This document shows, piece after piece, positions 49,831 to 61,619 of a stretch of DNA of 64,000 nt. The stretch is from Takakia lepidozioides (lineage: Eukaryota > Plantae > Bryophyta), in contig CM060734.1 in NCBI GenBank assembly GCA_030704615.1, forward strand, positions 48,236,001 to 48,300,000, given 5' to 3'. Every line of letters begins with the position of its first letter. Position 1 is the first letter of the stretch. Below the pieces are notes generated by a model. The model was not told where the DNA came from. It did no database searches and saw only the letters and a list, made by a program, of their open reading frames with translations. The position numbers were made by a program, and so were the translations under genes.

Positions 49831-51456
49831 ATGGCCATGTGTGTGTCAGCTTACACGCTGAACAGTAGCTGGAAATTAAGCGCAAGCGTGCAGCTGGGGG
49901 TTCGGAGGCCTTGCGTTTCGGCACGCTGTGTGCAGCCAGAAGAAAGTTCTCACCGGTGAGTCCGCGAAGACCTGGATTACTGATGCAATGTTTATCCCTG
50001 GGAATAGGAAAGCCCCAAACAGATTCAAGCTTGGCAGGATCAGGAAGCAAGCCACCCATCTCTCTCATCTCCCTCACATTCATCTCATCGTCTAGTTGGT
50101 GTACCATAGTTGTTGGCCAGTGCAAATCACCCACCTGCTCCAGCAGTTGGAAAGTTGCTCTAACTAGGCACGCGCATGTGGATGGCAGCGAGCTTGAAAC
50201 GCCCATTCCCTTTCCGCTCTGCCTTAACACAGTCGGCAGGTGACAGTGTGTAGAAAGGATTCCTTTGCGATGACAAATCACAGCTTCAACCCATCCGCGA
50301 AGTTTTGCTTGAGCTCCTCCAATCTCGCTGCACAGCAGTAGTCTAAATTGTGGATGATCTGTGCCCAATTCGTGGAATTGTTCAGTGAATTGCATCTGTT
50401 AGGCTACCACCCATAGCAAATCCTTCTTTGAAGCGACTGCCTTTCTACCACTTTTAATACAGTACCCATCAGCTGCAAGCACTAAAATGCGCATGTGCAA
50501 CAGATGCATGAAGACTCAGTGAGCATGAGTGTATTACTTACTCAAAAATATTCTGCATGCTCTCCCTCTGATAGACATGTTTCACTAACGAAGCTATGTT
50601 TTTTATTCTGGTGAACCGTGAAGTGTGATGTGCTGTTCTTTCTCCATCATTCCAACCACCCCTCTCTCTCTCTCTCTCTCTCCCCCCCCCCCCCCCTCTC
50701 CGTCCCTGGGTAATTGAAGTTGTTAATGACGCATTCATGGTCAATCATATCCTTGGACACACATGATAAGTAGATCTCGTAGCTTCTTCTCGAAGCTGGG
50801 GCTGGCTAGTCCTTTGGAGCAAGTCTGCAGAGATGGTTAATTGTCCACCTACTCAACTGGGTCATGTGCAGTGAGGGCAAAGAGTGCACAGGATTGGCCG
50901 CAACAAAATGGGACTCGCAGATATTAGCCAAGATGGCAGTGGCAGCATTTGCTGCAGGAGTTTTGGTCATGACCCCCACAGAAGATGCCATGGCAGCCAA
51001 AAGTGGTGGTCGAGTGGGAGGTCAAGCATTCCGGTCTTCTCCTCCTCCTAGAGCAGCACCGAGAACTGACAATTCAAGGTGTGTCCTGATCTCTCACACT
51101 TATTCATTCTTCAAGGTTGATCTCCAGAGGATTGAGTGCTTATTATTTTGTGTGGATGGCTCTGGTGTAAACCAGAATCCTTTTGAAGTGCCTATGTTTT
51201 TGTGTGCAGGTCAAGCAGAACAAATATCTATGTAAATCCTCCTTCAATTGCCCCACCTATTTACGGTGGTTATCCTGGCTATGGAAGCCCTTTCTTTGGT
51301 GGCTGGAGTCCCTTCTCATATTACACTCCTGGACCAAGTGTTGTGGTTGGTGGGGGTGGGGGTTTTGGTCTGTTTTTCTTCTTGGTGTTTATTGCCTTGA
51401 GTTTTGGTGCAGTCAATCTCTTCCGAAGACGAGACAATGATGACCCTTATGATTAA
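49831..51456 (+). CDS. Small Gly/Pro-rich membrane protein, AT5G57345-like (SGGRxGG motif), 3 exons, 192 aa, probable transit peptide
   Basis: Phase-consistent GT-AG exons 49831-49955, 50872-51078, 51210-51456. 'AAKSGGRVGGQAFRS...SRTNIYVNPP...GWSPFS...PGP', then a C-terminal TM helix and an acidic tail. Confidence 0.85.
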
Positions 51457-51694
51457 AACAGGTGTTACACCGTAGCTAGACTCAAGGATATTGTTCCTCC
51501 AGTGTTATATTGCAGTAGTTTTTTGGTAACGCCTTTGTTTGAATGTCTTGGGGTAGAGTGGATCTACTCCTGAATGTTCTTGACTACTACTTGAATCGTT
51601 TGCTTAACATGGTTGTTTTCCATTGAATAAAAGTATTGTGAAGTCACTCCCCTTGGTTCCTAATGCGAGAGATGCGGATTTTCAAGGTTGTTGA

Positions 51695-51941
51695 GGGTGC
51701 CTTTCCGTACTCGCCTTGAGTCTGCCAGATAATAGTGGGTTTTCATCAACACCAACTCACATAGTCACCCATTACTATCTGGCGGTCAACCCACTGGGAG
51801 ACTGGGCACCCACTGTTGCTTCCATGGCAAGCACCCATTTGACATAAGCAATAGTGGGCGAAGGTTATGGTGAGAGATGGAAACCCTCCAGCCGCACTGT
51901 CCCAGCAGCCACATTCTAAACAGTAGGTTGGAAAGGCACCT
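51695..51941. mobile_element. Tourist/PIF-like MITE
   Basis: TIR GGGTGCCTTTCC / GGAAAGGCACCT flanked by TGA and TTA. Internal hairpin GCCAGATAATAGTGGGT / ACCCATTACTATCTGGC. Confidence 0.55.
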
Positions 51942-52978
51942 TTAGTGTAATGCAGATGGGTATGCCGTGTTATCTCCTTTTCTCCTCAGTTATCCAGTCG
52001 GAAGTTTAAATATAGTAGTGTATATAGTAGTGTATACAGGAGGGCTGCGGCCACCAAATTCATTCCAAAGCTTATTAGGCAAGTAATCATTGTTCCGTAT
52101 CCCAACGACTTCTGTAGAGTCTATGTTCGGATTGTATTCTGTACAGAATCGGAGAGGATGACAGGAGGGGGGAGGATTGTTGCTTTAAGGACTTTGATGG
52201 CCCCCTGAAAAAAAGCTCATATGCCACCACTAAATTGTGGCCAGAAATGATGCAATATGGAGCATCACACCGCTTTTGTTTTGAAATAGAAAAACAGTAT
52301 TTTTGCTTGTATTTTCGTTTGCACAAGTATCAAACACAGAATCACCTCACTTGTGCCCCATCTCTTGACTATCGCATGACTACCTAATGAACACCTCCCT
52401 ACTTACCTTGAGGTGTTTTCAACCTTGGAACTGGACTACCACTACATGTAATCAGGGATTTAAATGTGCACACTATCATACCTATGGGACATGTCAAAGG
52501 CACTGATACAATAAGGATGATCTTCAACAAAAGCACCAGCTCCCCCCCTTCAGCTCTCAGCCAAAGGCTGAGTGACATTATCCTTCCTTTGATGTGCTAT
52601 CACAACTACGAATGGCTAAATCTATATCTTGCAAACTGACTCTTAGCAATGCAAGCTTTGAATAAGAAAAATTCTTCTTGATGCATTCTCCAGTTTCAGC
52701 ACGTTGTACCTTCATGTCAGCTTGGGATAGGATGATCCTGATAATTGTTCGTCAGACTATTGGGATCCCTGCAATGTAAACACTAATTTAGGTCCTCGTA
52801 TATGCTTTATCCGGGCTGGAAGATGGTCGGTAGAAATGCAAATAGGCTGCCAATCCCGAGAAAGGGTTGCTGGTTGCTTACTGAAGACCTGCACCGGAAT
52901 AACTTGCTAATCCAGAAAGGTTCAAGAGCGATGATGGTCCTCTGAAGAAACCTCGTCCAATTGCTCTGAGACCACACT

Positions 52979-55900
52979 TCAAATAGAGGAGTCATAGGGG
53001 TCCAGGCGATCAATGCTCCGTTGAGATGCACCCAAATCCTCTCCTGACCTTCGTTTGCTCAAGCTGGCTCGTTGCATCAACCTAACTAATGATTGTACTA
53101 CCTCTGACATTGGTGGTCGAAATTCAGGCTCAGGCTGCATAGAAGGATGAACTCGTTAGAAAATTCCACATAGAAACCCTTCCATCTGTACAATTTGTTC
53201 CTGCTTCATAATTTTAGGATTACTGGCAGGTTTTGTGACATCACTAGGTTAGCTGAAGCAGGGTATACATGATTCAGACAAGCACCATCCCCTGCCACCA
53301 AGGATACTGCTGAAAGCAACTGGACCTCACCATTATCACAGCCATAACCTCTATGGGCTACTGCCTTCCGTTGGAAGGTGGACACTTCGAACCCTAGATC
53401 ACCTAGGGTATGCTCAGGTAAGGCACAAACTCCCAACCACTACCTGCTCTGCGGCAGCGACAAGGATGTTTTTGTTGACAATGCAGTGGGACATTTTTTC
53501 TTGGCAGCATAACCAGTTGCAAGCTTACCATGCCTGGGTTTGAACGTGGGGGAATATTTGAGCATCCGGTAAAAATTCCATGGGTTTGAAGTGCCATGCA
53601 TCTCAACGGATGTGTTCTGCCCTGTTGGCAAGGGGGCTAAACCGTCAAGCATGGGTGGTCCCCCAGTTACTTTAGTTGTAAAAAGCAGTGGTGCAGCAAG
53701 GGGCTTCTATTGCAACATTGACTAATGTTGCCATCGGCTTACATGAGGAGAAGGAAACAAACTGTATGACACGTAAAGTTGCAATTACTGACCTGGACAC
53801 ATAGTGCAATGATGTCAGCGAAGCGTGAGAGAGATTTGGCAGGGTAAATGCCCTTCAATGCAGGGTCCACCATTTTGGCCAGTGCATCAATGTCGTGCAG
53901 CTGTGGTGTGGCCCACCGCACCAATGACTGCTCCGCTCTTGGCTTTGTGCTGCACAAGAAGCCATGGGGCTGTTTAGAAGTTGAGATTTGAGGAAATTTG
54001 TAGTTTCTCCAGTTGTCGCTTTTAAGGACTAGGTTTAGCATGGAGCCATCTCTATGCATCTTCACATCACATGACACTATTTGACACCTTGATAGAAAAC
54101 AAGTCCGAATCTTTCTCATGACCTGTTCTGAACAGAGAGATAACAGAGTTAGGCAGCATGCACAACAATCTGAAAGTAGTGCTTCGCCAGGAAACTAGTT
54201 TCAAATATGCCATAAGGACTGCAACACACAATTCTGTGGCAATTCAAATCCTTGTCGTTTGATGATATATAGTACAAATCCCGAAAGTCTCCCAGACCCG
54301 TTGTTCTTCCCTTTTTGGCATTCCCATCTCCTCCCTTAGTTTGTGATGCCCAACCTCTAGTGCCCCAAGCAAGAGACCCCAGTCTTTCCAGGTCAAAGAA
54401 AGAGATTAGGATTAAGAAGAGAGAAAAGATGGGAAGGACCTGTCCAGAGGCTTGCGCCCTGTCAACAGCTCCAGCATGACCACACCAAAGCTGTACACAT
54501 CACTCTTCACTGTATACACTCCAGACATGGCATACTCTGGGGCACTGTATCCAAATGAGCCCAACATCTGTGCTGACACCTGCCCCAGCCAACCCTTTCA
54601 CCTTAATACCCCCTTCCATAGCAATATTGCTGGAGAAAAACAGTTTGCAAGGTCAAGGACAAGATAAACCAAGAACCAAATGGATTAAGAGCTGCAATGC
54701 AGTAGCCCACTTTTTCACTGCTCGAGGAAGATAAGTTTGTAAGGTGAAAGGACGAGCATATACCTGGCGGTCAGAACCAAATGGGGTAAGAGCTGCAATG
54801 CCACAGTCGGACAGATGCGGGTTGAGCTCATCGTCCAGTAGAATGTTGGCTGATTTGAAATTACGGTGGACTACTGCTGGCAGGCATACTTCATGCAGGT
54901 ATCTGCACAATCCAGACAGGAATAACCGTCTCCGATTACAACCAATTGTACCATCACTACTTCGACCGTAACATTCTCCAGTCTGTGCCATTAGTGGTGG
55001 GAGAACTGGATCTTCCCCATCCATCTCTCTACCTTTTAATAGCCCAACGTTTTGTCATCACAGATGCTTTTCTCATCATTGTTGCTCTTTGGCTCATTTG
55101 TCATCATGACTTTAAGCATAATAGACACATCTCTGCTGGTATACTCTGTGAAGACCCTCAATTTGACAACTGTAGGTTTCTGGCATTGTCAGTTTCCCCC
55201 CCCTGCAGCACTAGTATGATAACTCCTCTCTTGTGATTGTGTACTCAAATAGGGTGTGTAATACAAAGCAGTAACACCAAAAAGGAGCATACTCCAGGGC
55301 CCGTGCAGCTCCCAAGGCAATCTTGACCCGCACATTCCAAGAGAGGCGCTTGCTGCCTTCGTCAGTGGTATGAAGCAGTTCATTGAGGGTGCCACGGCTA
55401 ACATACTGGTATACCAGCAGCCGCTGCCCGTGCTCTGCACAATATCCCACCAGCTCAGTGGTGTTGGTGTGCTGTAGACGAGATATGTTAGCTACAATCC
55501 CTAAAAATTCTTCCTCATTTTGCACTAGGGGCGCAGACGTGTCCAGCTTCTTCACTGCTAAGACCTGCACATTGTAAACCCAATTTTATCCTCAGAGGTT
55601 CCTTCATGACTATATCCAGCAGTAAAGAATTCGGTCACATGAAGCTTTTCTTTCTTGATGAGATGACTCTTCTAAACTACTTCTAATTGACATTACAAGT
55701 CATATCCAGCAACATGTTCGAATGCAAGGGTAACAAAGTGAAATAGAACATCACTATCAACTCACTAGAGAACATCAATAGAGAAACTGGGCTGGGTGAG
55801 TCATGACTTGTGTAAGTACCGATCATCTCAGAAACTTGATGGGATGCAAACATAAACATTCAACCACGTGGAAGATGACAATAGTAAACAGTTGTAGTAC

Positions 55901-58900
55901 TCAGGGCTCCAAAGCATGCCATGTGTGCTGCTGGGTCTCAGGCAGAGCTCAGGTGGAATCGTTTGTGTGAAGATAGCCTACCTGACCATTGGGAAACTCA
56001 GCACGGTAGACACGTCCGAGGGAACCTTCACCAATCAGGTTTTCTTGGGCAAAGCTGTTGGTGGCGGACTGAAGGTCTGCAACAGAAAAGGCAGTGGCAA
56101 CAATTGCACTTTTGGAACCCTTGCTCGAAGAACTCCTGCTTTTGCCCATATCCCCCAGGCCCTTGAATGGTGGGGGCACCCTCAGTGTCTTAATTGGGGG
56201 TGAAGCTTTCACTTTTTCTTCCGGGTTTGCCTTCTCAAAAGGAGTGGCTGCTGCGCCCAACACAAATGGGCGTAAGACTCAGTGTATCCCCAACATGCAG
56301 GCTAGATTTCCATTTGCTTGTAATGTGCAAAAGAGATTCATTGTTAGACAAACTTACTATAGATTCTTAAAAGCTTTCCGCATATGGGGATGTACATCTG
56401 GTTCTCTCACTAATCATGCCACAAAAGCTGTATTTATGGGATTGGAGATCAGTTTCATCTCACCTGGTTCGAAAACTTTGAGATTGCTTCGACTCACCTT
56501 ACCTGTCCATATCAAACCCAGGGCCACACCAAAGACCCACACCAGATACTGATCAGCAACAATTAGAGAAAGGGAGACCTGCCCAGAGCATTGAATCTCT
56601 CATTATACTTTACCAACAGCCATCAACGAGAATGACATCCACTGTAGATAAACGCAGCAAGTTGTGATGCTGAACAAACATATGGAACTATAAACACAGT
56701 TCTTTGACAGTATGGAAGCAAAGAGCATTCCATTTATGTTTAGAAAAGGGAAGAACACTGACGAGTAGTGTAGTATTATCCTTGAGTAAAGCAATGCGAC
56801 AGGTCATCGCAAGTAAGAGTATATGTTCAATATGCTCAATTCCTTATTTGCATTGACAAATTCCATGTCTTCCAAGACCAGTCTGTCCACATTAAATGGT
56901 TGCACCGATTGAAACCAACCTTTCTTGACAGGGGGAATAAGTGGCCGCAACCAAGATCTACGGCCAGCTTGTGCCGTCTCCTCATCAATGTCTTTCTCTT
57001 CACGAGATCTCCAAACATAGAACAAAACAGCCAAAGCTGCGGCCACTCCCGCCAAGAGAACGGCAGCTATAATTCCAGCAATGCGCCCAGTGCTCCAAAA
57101 GGTAGTACTCCCAGCACTAGATCCAGAAGGAGACTTTGAATGACCTTGCCCCGGAGGTGGACTGAGGGGTCGCTTTGGAGGAGGAGGGGGTTGAAACGGA
57201 GGAGGAGGTGGGGCCGGTGAGTTGCTAAACTGATTCCCACCAATCCTGCCATAGAAAATATATTCCATAAGCTTTTCCATTTACAGGTGCAGTGCACATG
57301 ATTAGACAAAGTATAGCAGTTATGCCAGTAACCATACAACACCCACATAACAAGACACTGGGGATTTGGTAGATTATAAAATACCTTAAGTTTGGGGGGT
57401 TGAGGCCAGAAGGAAGCCAGCCAGTAAACTGATTGTCCTCAATATCTCTGAAACACAGTTCCAATAAGCACTCAGAAATCATATTACCTGCCCACTCATT
57501 GGAAGCACACAGCTAATTTGTGGGCACCCAAGTTGAGCAAGTTTCTCAGCTTGCACACTGGGAGCCTCAATGAGCAAGCACTACTAGGCAATCACTGATA
57601 ATTGGAACTGATGACGAGTTTGACAGTACAACCATGAAAACACATTTTTTTCAAATACATTCACATTTACAAGCTAAGCTATAAACAAAAGAAAATTGAG
57701 CACCAACAAGGTGCTTACAAAGTTTGCAGGTTGCTCAGCTGTGCAAGAGAGGCAGGTAAGTTGCCATTCAGATTGTTATGCTCCAAGTTGCTGCCAATGC
57801 CACAATAAATCAGGAAAACAAAAGGAGATCTGGGGGATTGTGTAAACGGGTGACATTGTCGAAAGAAAGGATTAGCAAAACATTCAAAAGGGTAGAAAAG
57901 AGTCAACAGCTGGATCAAATACCGAGAAGGTTAAGACTTGACCTATGCAGGAGCAGTTGTGAAGGTAAAATGTTCCTTGGCAGGGGATCTATGACATGGA
58001 AGCTGGACGCAGAAACATTACAAATGTAGTGGTGATGATGCTCACAGAGTTGTCAGACTACTCAAGTCGCCCAATGAGTTCGGAAGAGACCCAGACAAAC
58101 TGTTGAAGGATAGATCTCTGGCCATACACAGACATTGCCACTACAGTAAAATATCGTCCACAAGACATTGAAGTGGTCAGGTCAATTGGCAACCAGCCCC
58201 AAGCAAATGAAATAGACATGCAATCAACCACTGTAATGTTGGAAAACCACTGGCGTGTGGTCGGGCTAGGGATTGAACCTAGGACCTCCCCCATTCCGGT
58301 GAGGTGCTCTACCACTGAGCTACCCGTCCCATTCTGTTCTCAAAGTGCCGTGCAAGGGCTATAACCTTGACACTCCAACACTCCCCCTCCAGGCATAGCC
58401 CTTATAGCTAATGCCCACCCATTCTGACCACCGCCCCAACCTTGGCTCTGATACCATGTTGGAAAACCATTGGCGTATGGTCGGGCTAGGGATTGAACCT
58501 AGGACCTCCCCCATTCCGGTGAGGTGCTCTACCACTGAGCTACCCGTCCCATTCTGTTCTCAAAGTGCCGTGCAAGGGCTATAACCTTGACACTCCAACA
58601 TGTAACCCTTCAACAAATCAGCTTAAAGTGGCACAGAACCAAGATGAAGTGGTGGTAGGCAATGGGAAAAATGCCAAAAAGGCCAACTTACAGCGTCTTC
58701 AAAGTGACGAGTGGTGTGAAAAGGTCTGGAATAGTATTGCTCAGCTGATTGTGGCTTACGTTTCTGCAATGGAGCAAAACAGGATTCTGTGGGTGTTACA
58801 AACTGAGCTAAGACCCTCTAAAACACTTTTTACCCTGAAGATAGAGTTTGTTGCACTATACTTTGCTAGCAATGCACGGAGGAATGAACCAGCAAGACTT

Positions 58901-61619
58901 GGAAACCCAAGTCCATTGGTATTTTTCATGGCAGCGTTATCCTCAGTGAACCGAAGAGGCCACAACGTGTAAGCATTTTCTGAAAAAATCTGCACCTCGT
59001 AAGAGAACAGTATATTATACCCACTCGGACAAATAGCTGAAGTCCCCTTGAACACATTTTCCCTGTTAAGACTGACCACTCAGATGATGTTTTGTCCATT
59101 AGTCCAATTTCGGTTGACAGCTATCAGTTCTGATTATATGTCATAAGCAGCAGCAGCAGTCCACATATCACTATTTTTGGCATATCCAACAAGGAGGATT
59201 GGAGAGATAACATACAAATCAGTTAGAGAGGTAAGATCATGAAGTGAATAAGGTAGATTGCCACTGAGTTGATTTCCGTCCAAGAATCTGCAGACAGCGA
59301 GGAGTATCATTAGCGGTTGACCAGTACCTGTAAAAATTTTGAAACCTTATTCAAGGCACTCGGAAAGTTCACACCTATGAAGTTTCTTGAGTCCTGACAT
59401 ATTTTATCAGTGGCAGGGGAAAACATTTGACAAATTAGATCACCTCCTTTAGAGGGAGGGCTAATGCTTCTTGGCCAGCCACCTGTTCAGGCACCAGTTT
59501 TGCAAACGATGGACACTTCCTCTTCTGAGGAGATAACATTCCGAACGTCCTTCACAGTCAAAATGGCAAAAAATGGCATTTCCTCAAGACAAAGTCAGAC
59601 ACAGAGTAGCCAGGACTTGGCGAAGCAGAGGGACACAGGTGGGGTCACTTACAGCTGGATAATATAAGGGGGCAACTGGTAAGGCATACTCCCTCCAATG
59701 TTGTTATTGCTCACATCACTGCACCAGACAAATGCAGACTTACAAGCTGATCATGATTGGTGCCTCACTACAATCAAGTATTCCATTGCTTTTCCAGGCA
59801 GCAGTTTGCTGAAAGGCCCACTAAACACTTGGTTTCTGCACCCAACTCTGACTTGTAGAAGCATCCACAGTGTGGGAAGCTATGGTGCTCACAGCTTATC
59901 CCACTGTTCTGGCAATGCTCAACAACTGACAGTTGTGGGGGACATGTTGGCAGAAGAAACAGCAAGCAGGTGCATCTAGGCACAGGAATAACACCCACAT
60001 CTAGTCAGAACCTGTGACAAGGTAACTCAGTAGGCTACAATACACCTCTCTAGATCTCTTAGTCAGTAGAATCAATCATGTATACTGGACAAGTTTGTAG
60101 GACAGGACTATTTCACCAGCATGTCCAAGAAATCTGCATGTGAAGCTGTCAAAGACGACATTAAAGTGCAGTCACGACACTCCTGATAGGCAAATCGGAC
60201 ATTGCATTCTGAAAATGTTCAAACAGCAAAATGCATGAGCCATGAAAGGAGAGTGCAACAGAGTGGAAACTGACAGATAAAGTAGCCCTGTGAATTGATC
60301 GAGCCAAGATCCGAGTGTTCCAGACAGTCCCAAGCCAGACAGCAGACTGAAAAATAACAGCAGAACAGAAACTCAGCTGTAGCATGCATGAGGAAAGCTC
60401 TTCAAAGTATGTGGGTCAAGTCTTTGTCTAGTTCAAGAAGTGATAGCTCCTAACTGGCATCCTGAATCCGACCTCTGCCACTTCACTACTATAAGGCCAG
60501 TAACCTCAACTTTGCTCAATAACAGCCACTTGAGGAATGTGGTTAGCATATGAAGCAATATAGACAGTGTGTTCTACACTCTAAAATTCTTTAAGATTTC
60601 AAGGAACCAAAAAAACATACATATCCGTAATGTTGGGTCCTGAGCAGGAAACTCCCCGCCAATTGTCACTGCACGGATCACCTCCACTCGCATTCCAGTT
60701 AGTCAGCTGTGAGGGTTGATATAAGCTGGTATATAATTTGTTGATGGCAGCCACTGCGCCCCCAGAGAGACACCCAAGGCAAGCTCCCTCAAGTTAATGT
60801 TGCTCACAATAACTACCATCCTTACCAGCAGCTACTCTGCAAGCATGTCAGCTTGCTAGATTTTGAATCCATTTCAGGTCTGGGTTGGGGCCTCGCTGCC
60901 ACCTAATATGCTGTGCAGAACCCTCAAAATTTTAACAGTCGCTGGGAGCTGAAACAATAGAATGGTGCTTGCTGTCCTTCAATGCCAGGAAGTAAGAGCT
61001 ACTTGTTGCAAATATGCATACTTCACAAAAGAATTGGCAAGAGTCCCCTGAGGAAACTTCCATTTAAAACCGAGGAGAAATTCCGGACAAAGTCAGGAAC
61101 TGGGTTTTGTTTCCACTTGAAGAAGAAAATTGCAGAATGCAGATACTCCCCTATTACCCAGTGCATATAATTGAACAGACTTCATGTTGTAATCTGCAAG
61201 CTCGCTTACTTCTGGGTAACAGAAGACAAAATGCAGATCTAGCAGGTATAACTTGATTCGGTACTATTGTGCAACCACAACACGGAGACTTCTGCAAAAT
61301 TTGGATCTTGAAGTCATGTTCGCCACTAGCTACCCTGGGATAGAGACGTGAGACAGTACATTCAAACCATTCTAAAGCTATCCTCGAGCATTCTTCAAGT
61401 ACGAAACATATTTTGCAGTCAAAAGGTCTTTAACTACCAACAGCTTAAATGCAAACATTGGTGCTCGAAGATGGCGACTGAAGGTGTGAGAAATAGAGTA
61501 CCATCTTGTGCATCTGTAAATCCATGGACCACGCTCAGCAGCGACACCACAATGCTGATGGCCACACCTAGTTTCCCGAATGTGCGTGCCATTCCTATTA
61601 TCCCAAGCTGCAACATCAT
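52979..61619 (-). CDS. SRF: STRUBBELIG-receptor-family (LRR-V) receptor-like kinase, 16 exons, ~732 aa
   Basis: Phase-consistent exons 61619-61502, 60753-60621, 60346-60275, 59718-59653, 59287-59216, 58763-58692, 58117-58046, 57790-57719, 57447-57385, 57245-56920, 56250-55982, 55564-55293, 54902-54764, 54579-54440, 53949-53793, 53134-52979. Signal peptide, WxxxGGDPC..W.GV.C LRRNT, one LRR per exon, Pro-rich linker, TM helix, kinase with [11 protein letters not shown] and SDCG. Confidence 0.95.
53345..53445 (-). mobile_element. tRNA-derived SINE fragment in the last SRF intron
   Basis: GTAGTGGTTGGGAGTTTGTGCC...CTAGGGTTCGAA. Homologous to 12115-12265 (head) and 44642-44797 (body). Confidence 0.6.
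58258..58329 (-). ncRNA. tRNA-like Pol III unit inside the TRIM 3' LTR
   Basis: 72 nt: GGACGGG-TA-GCTC-AGTGGTA-GAGC-A-CCTCA-CCGGAAT-GGGGG-AGGTC-CTAGG-TTCAATC-CCTAG-CCCGACC-A. Canonical arm lengths, A and B boxes, degenerate anticodon arm. Confidence 0.75.
58478..58549 (-). ncRNA. tRNA-like Pol III unit inside the TRIM 5' LTR
   Basis: Identical 72-nt cloverleaf copy. Confidence 0.75.

Larger units (their letters stand above)
58237..58600 (-). mobile_element. TRIM (miniature LTR retrotransposon) with tRNA-like sequence in both LTRs
   Basis: 144-bp LTRs 58237-58380 and 58457-58600 (TGTTGGA...TCCAACA, 2 mismatches). The 76-bp internal region has PBS TGGTATCAGAGCC (tRNA-iMet) and PPT GGAGGGGGAG on the minus strand. 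5-bp TSD TGTAA. Confidence 0.96.

Noticed and set aside
49799-50395. 198-aa antisense ORF
   Set aside because: It overlaps exon 1 and intron 1 of the plus-strand gene, has a non-ATG start and no motif.
58258-58549. Two functional tRNA-Ser(GGA) genes
   Set aside because: They lack U33, have a mismatched anticodon stem and acceptor pair, have no long variable arm as Ser requires, and lie inside paired LTRs.
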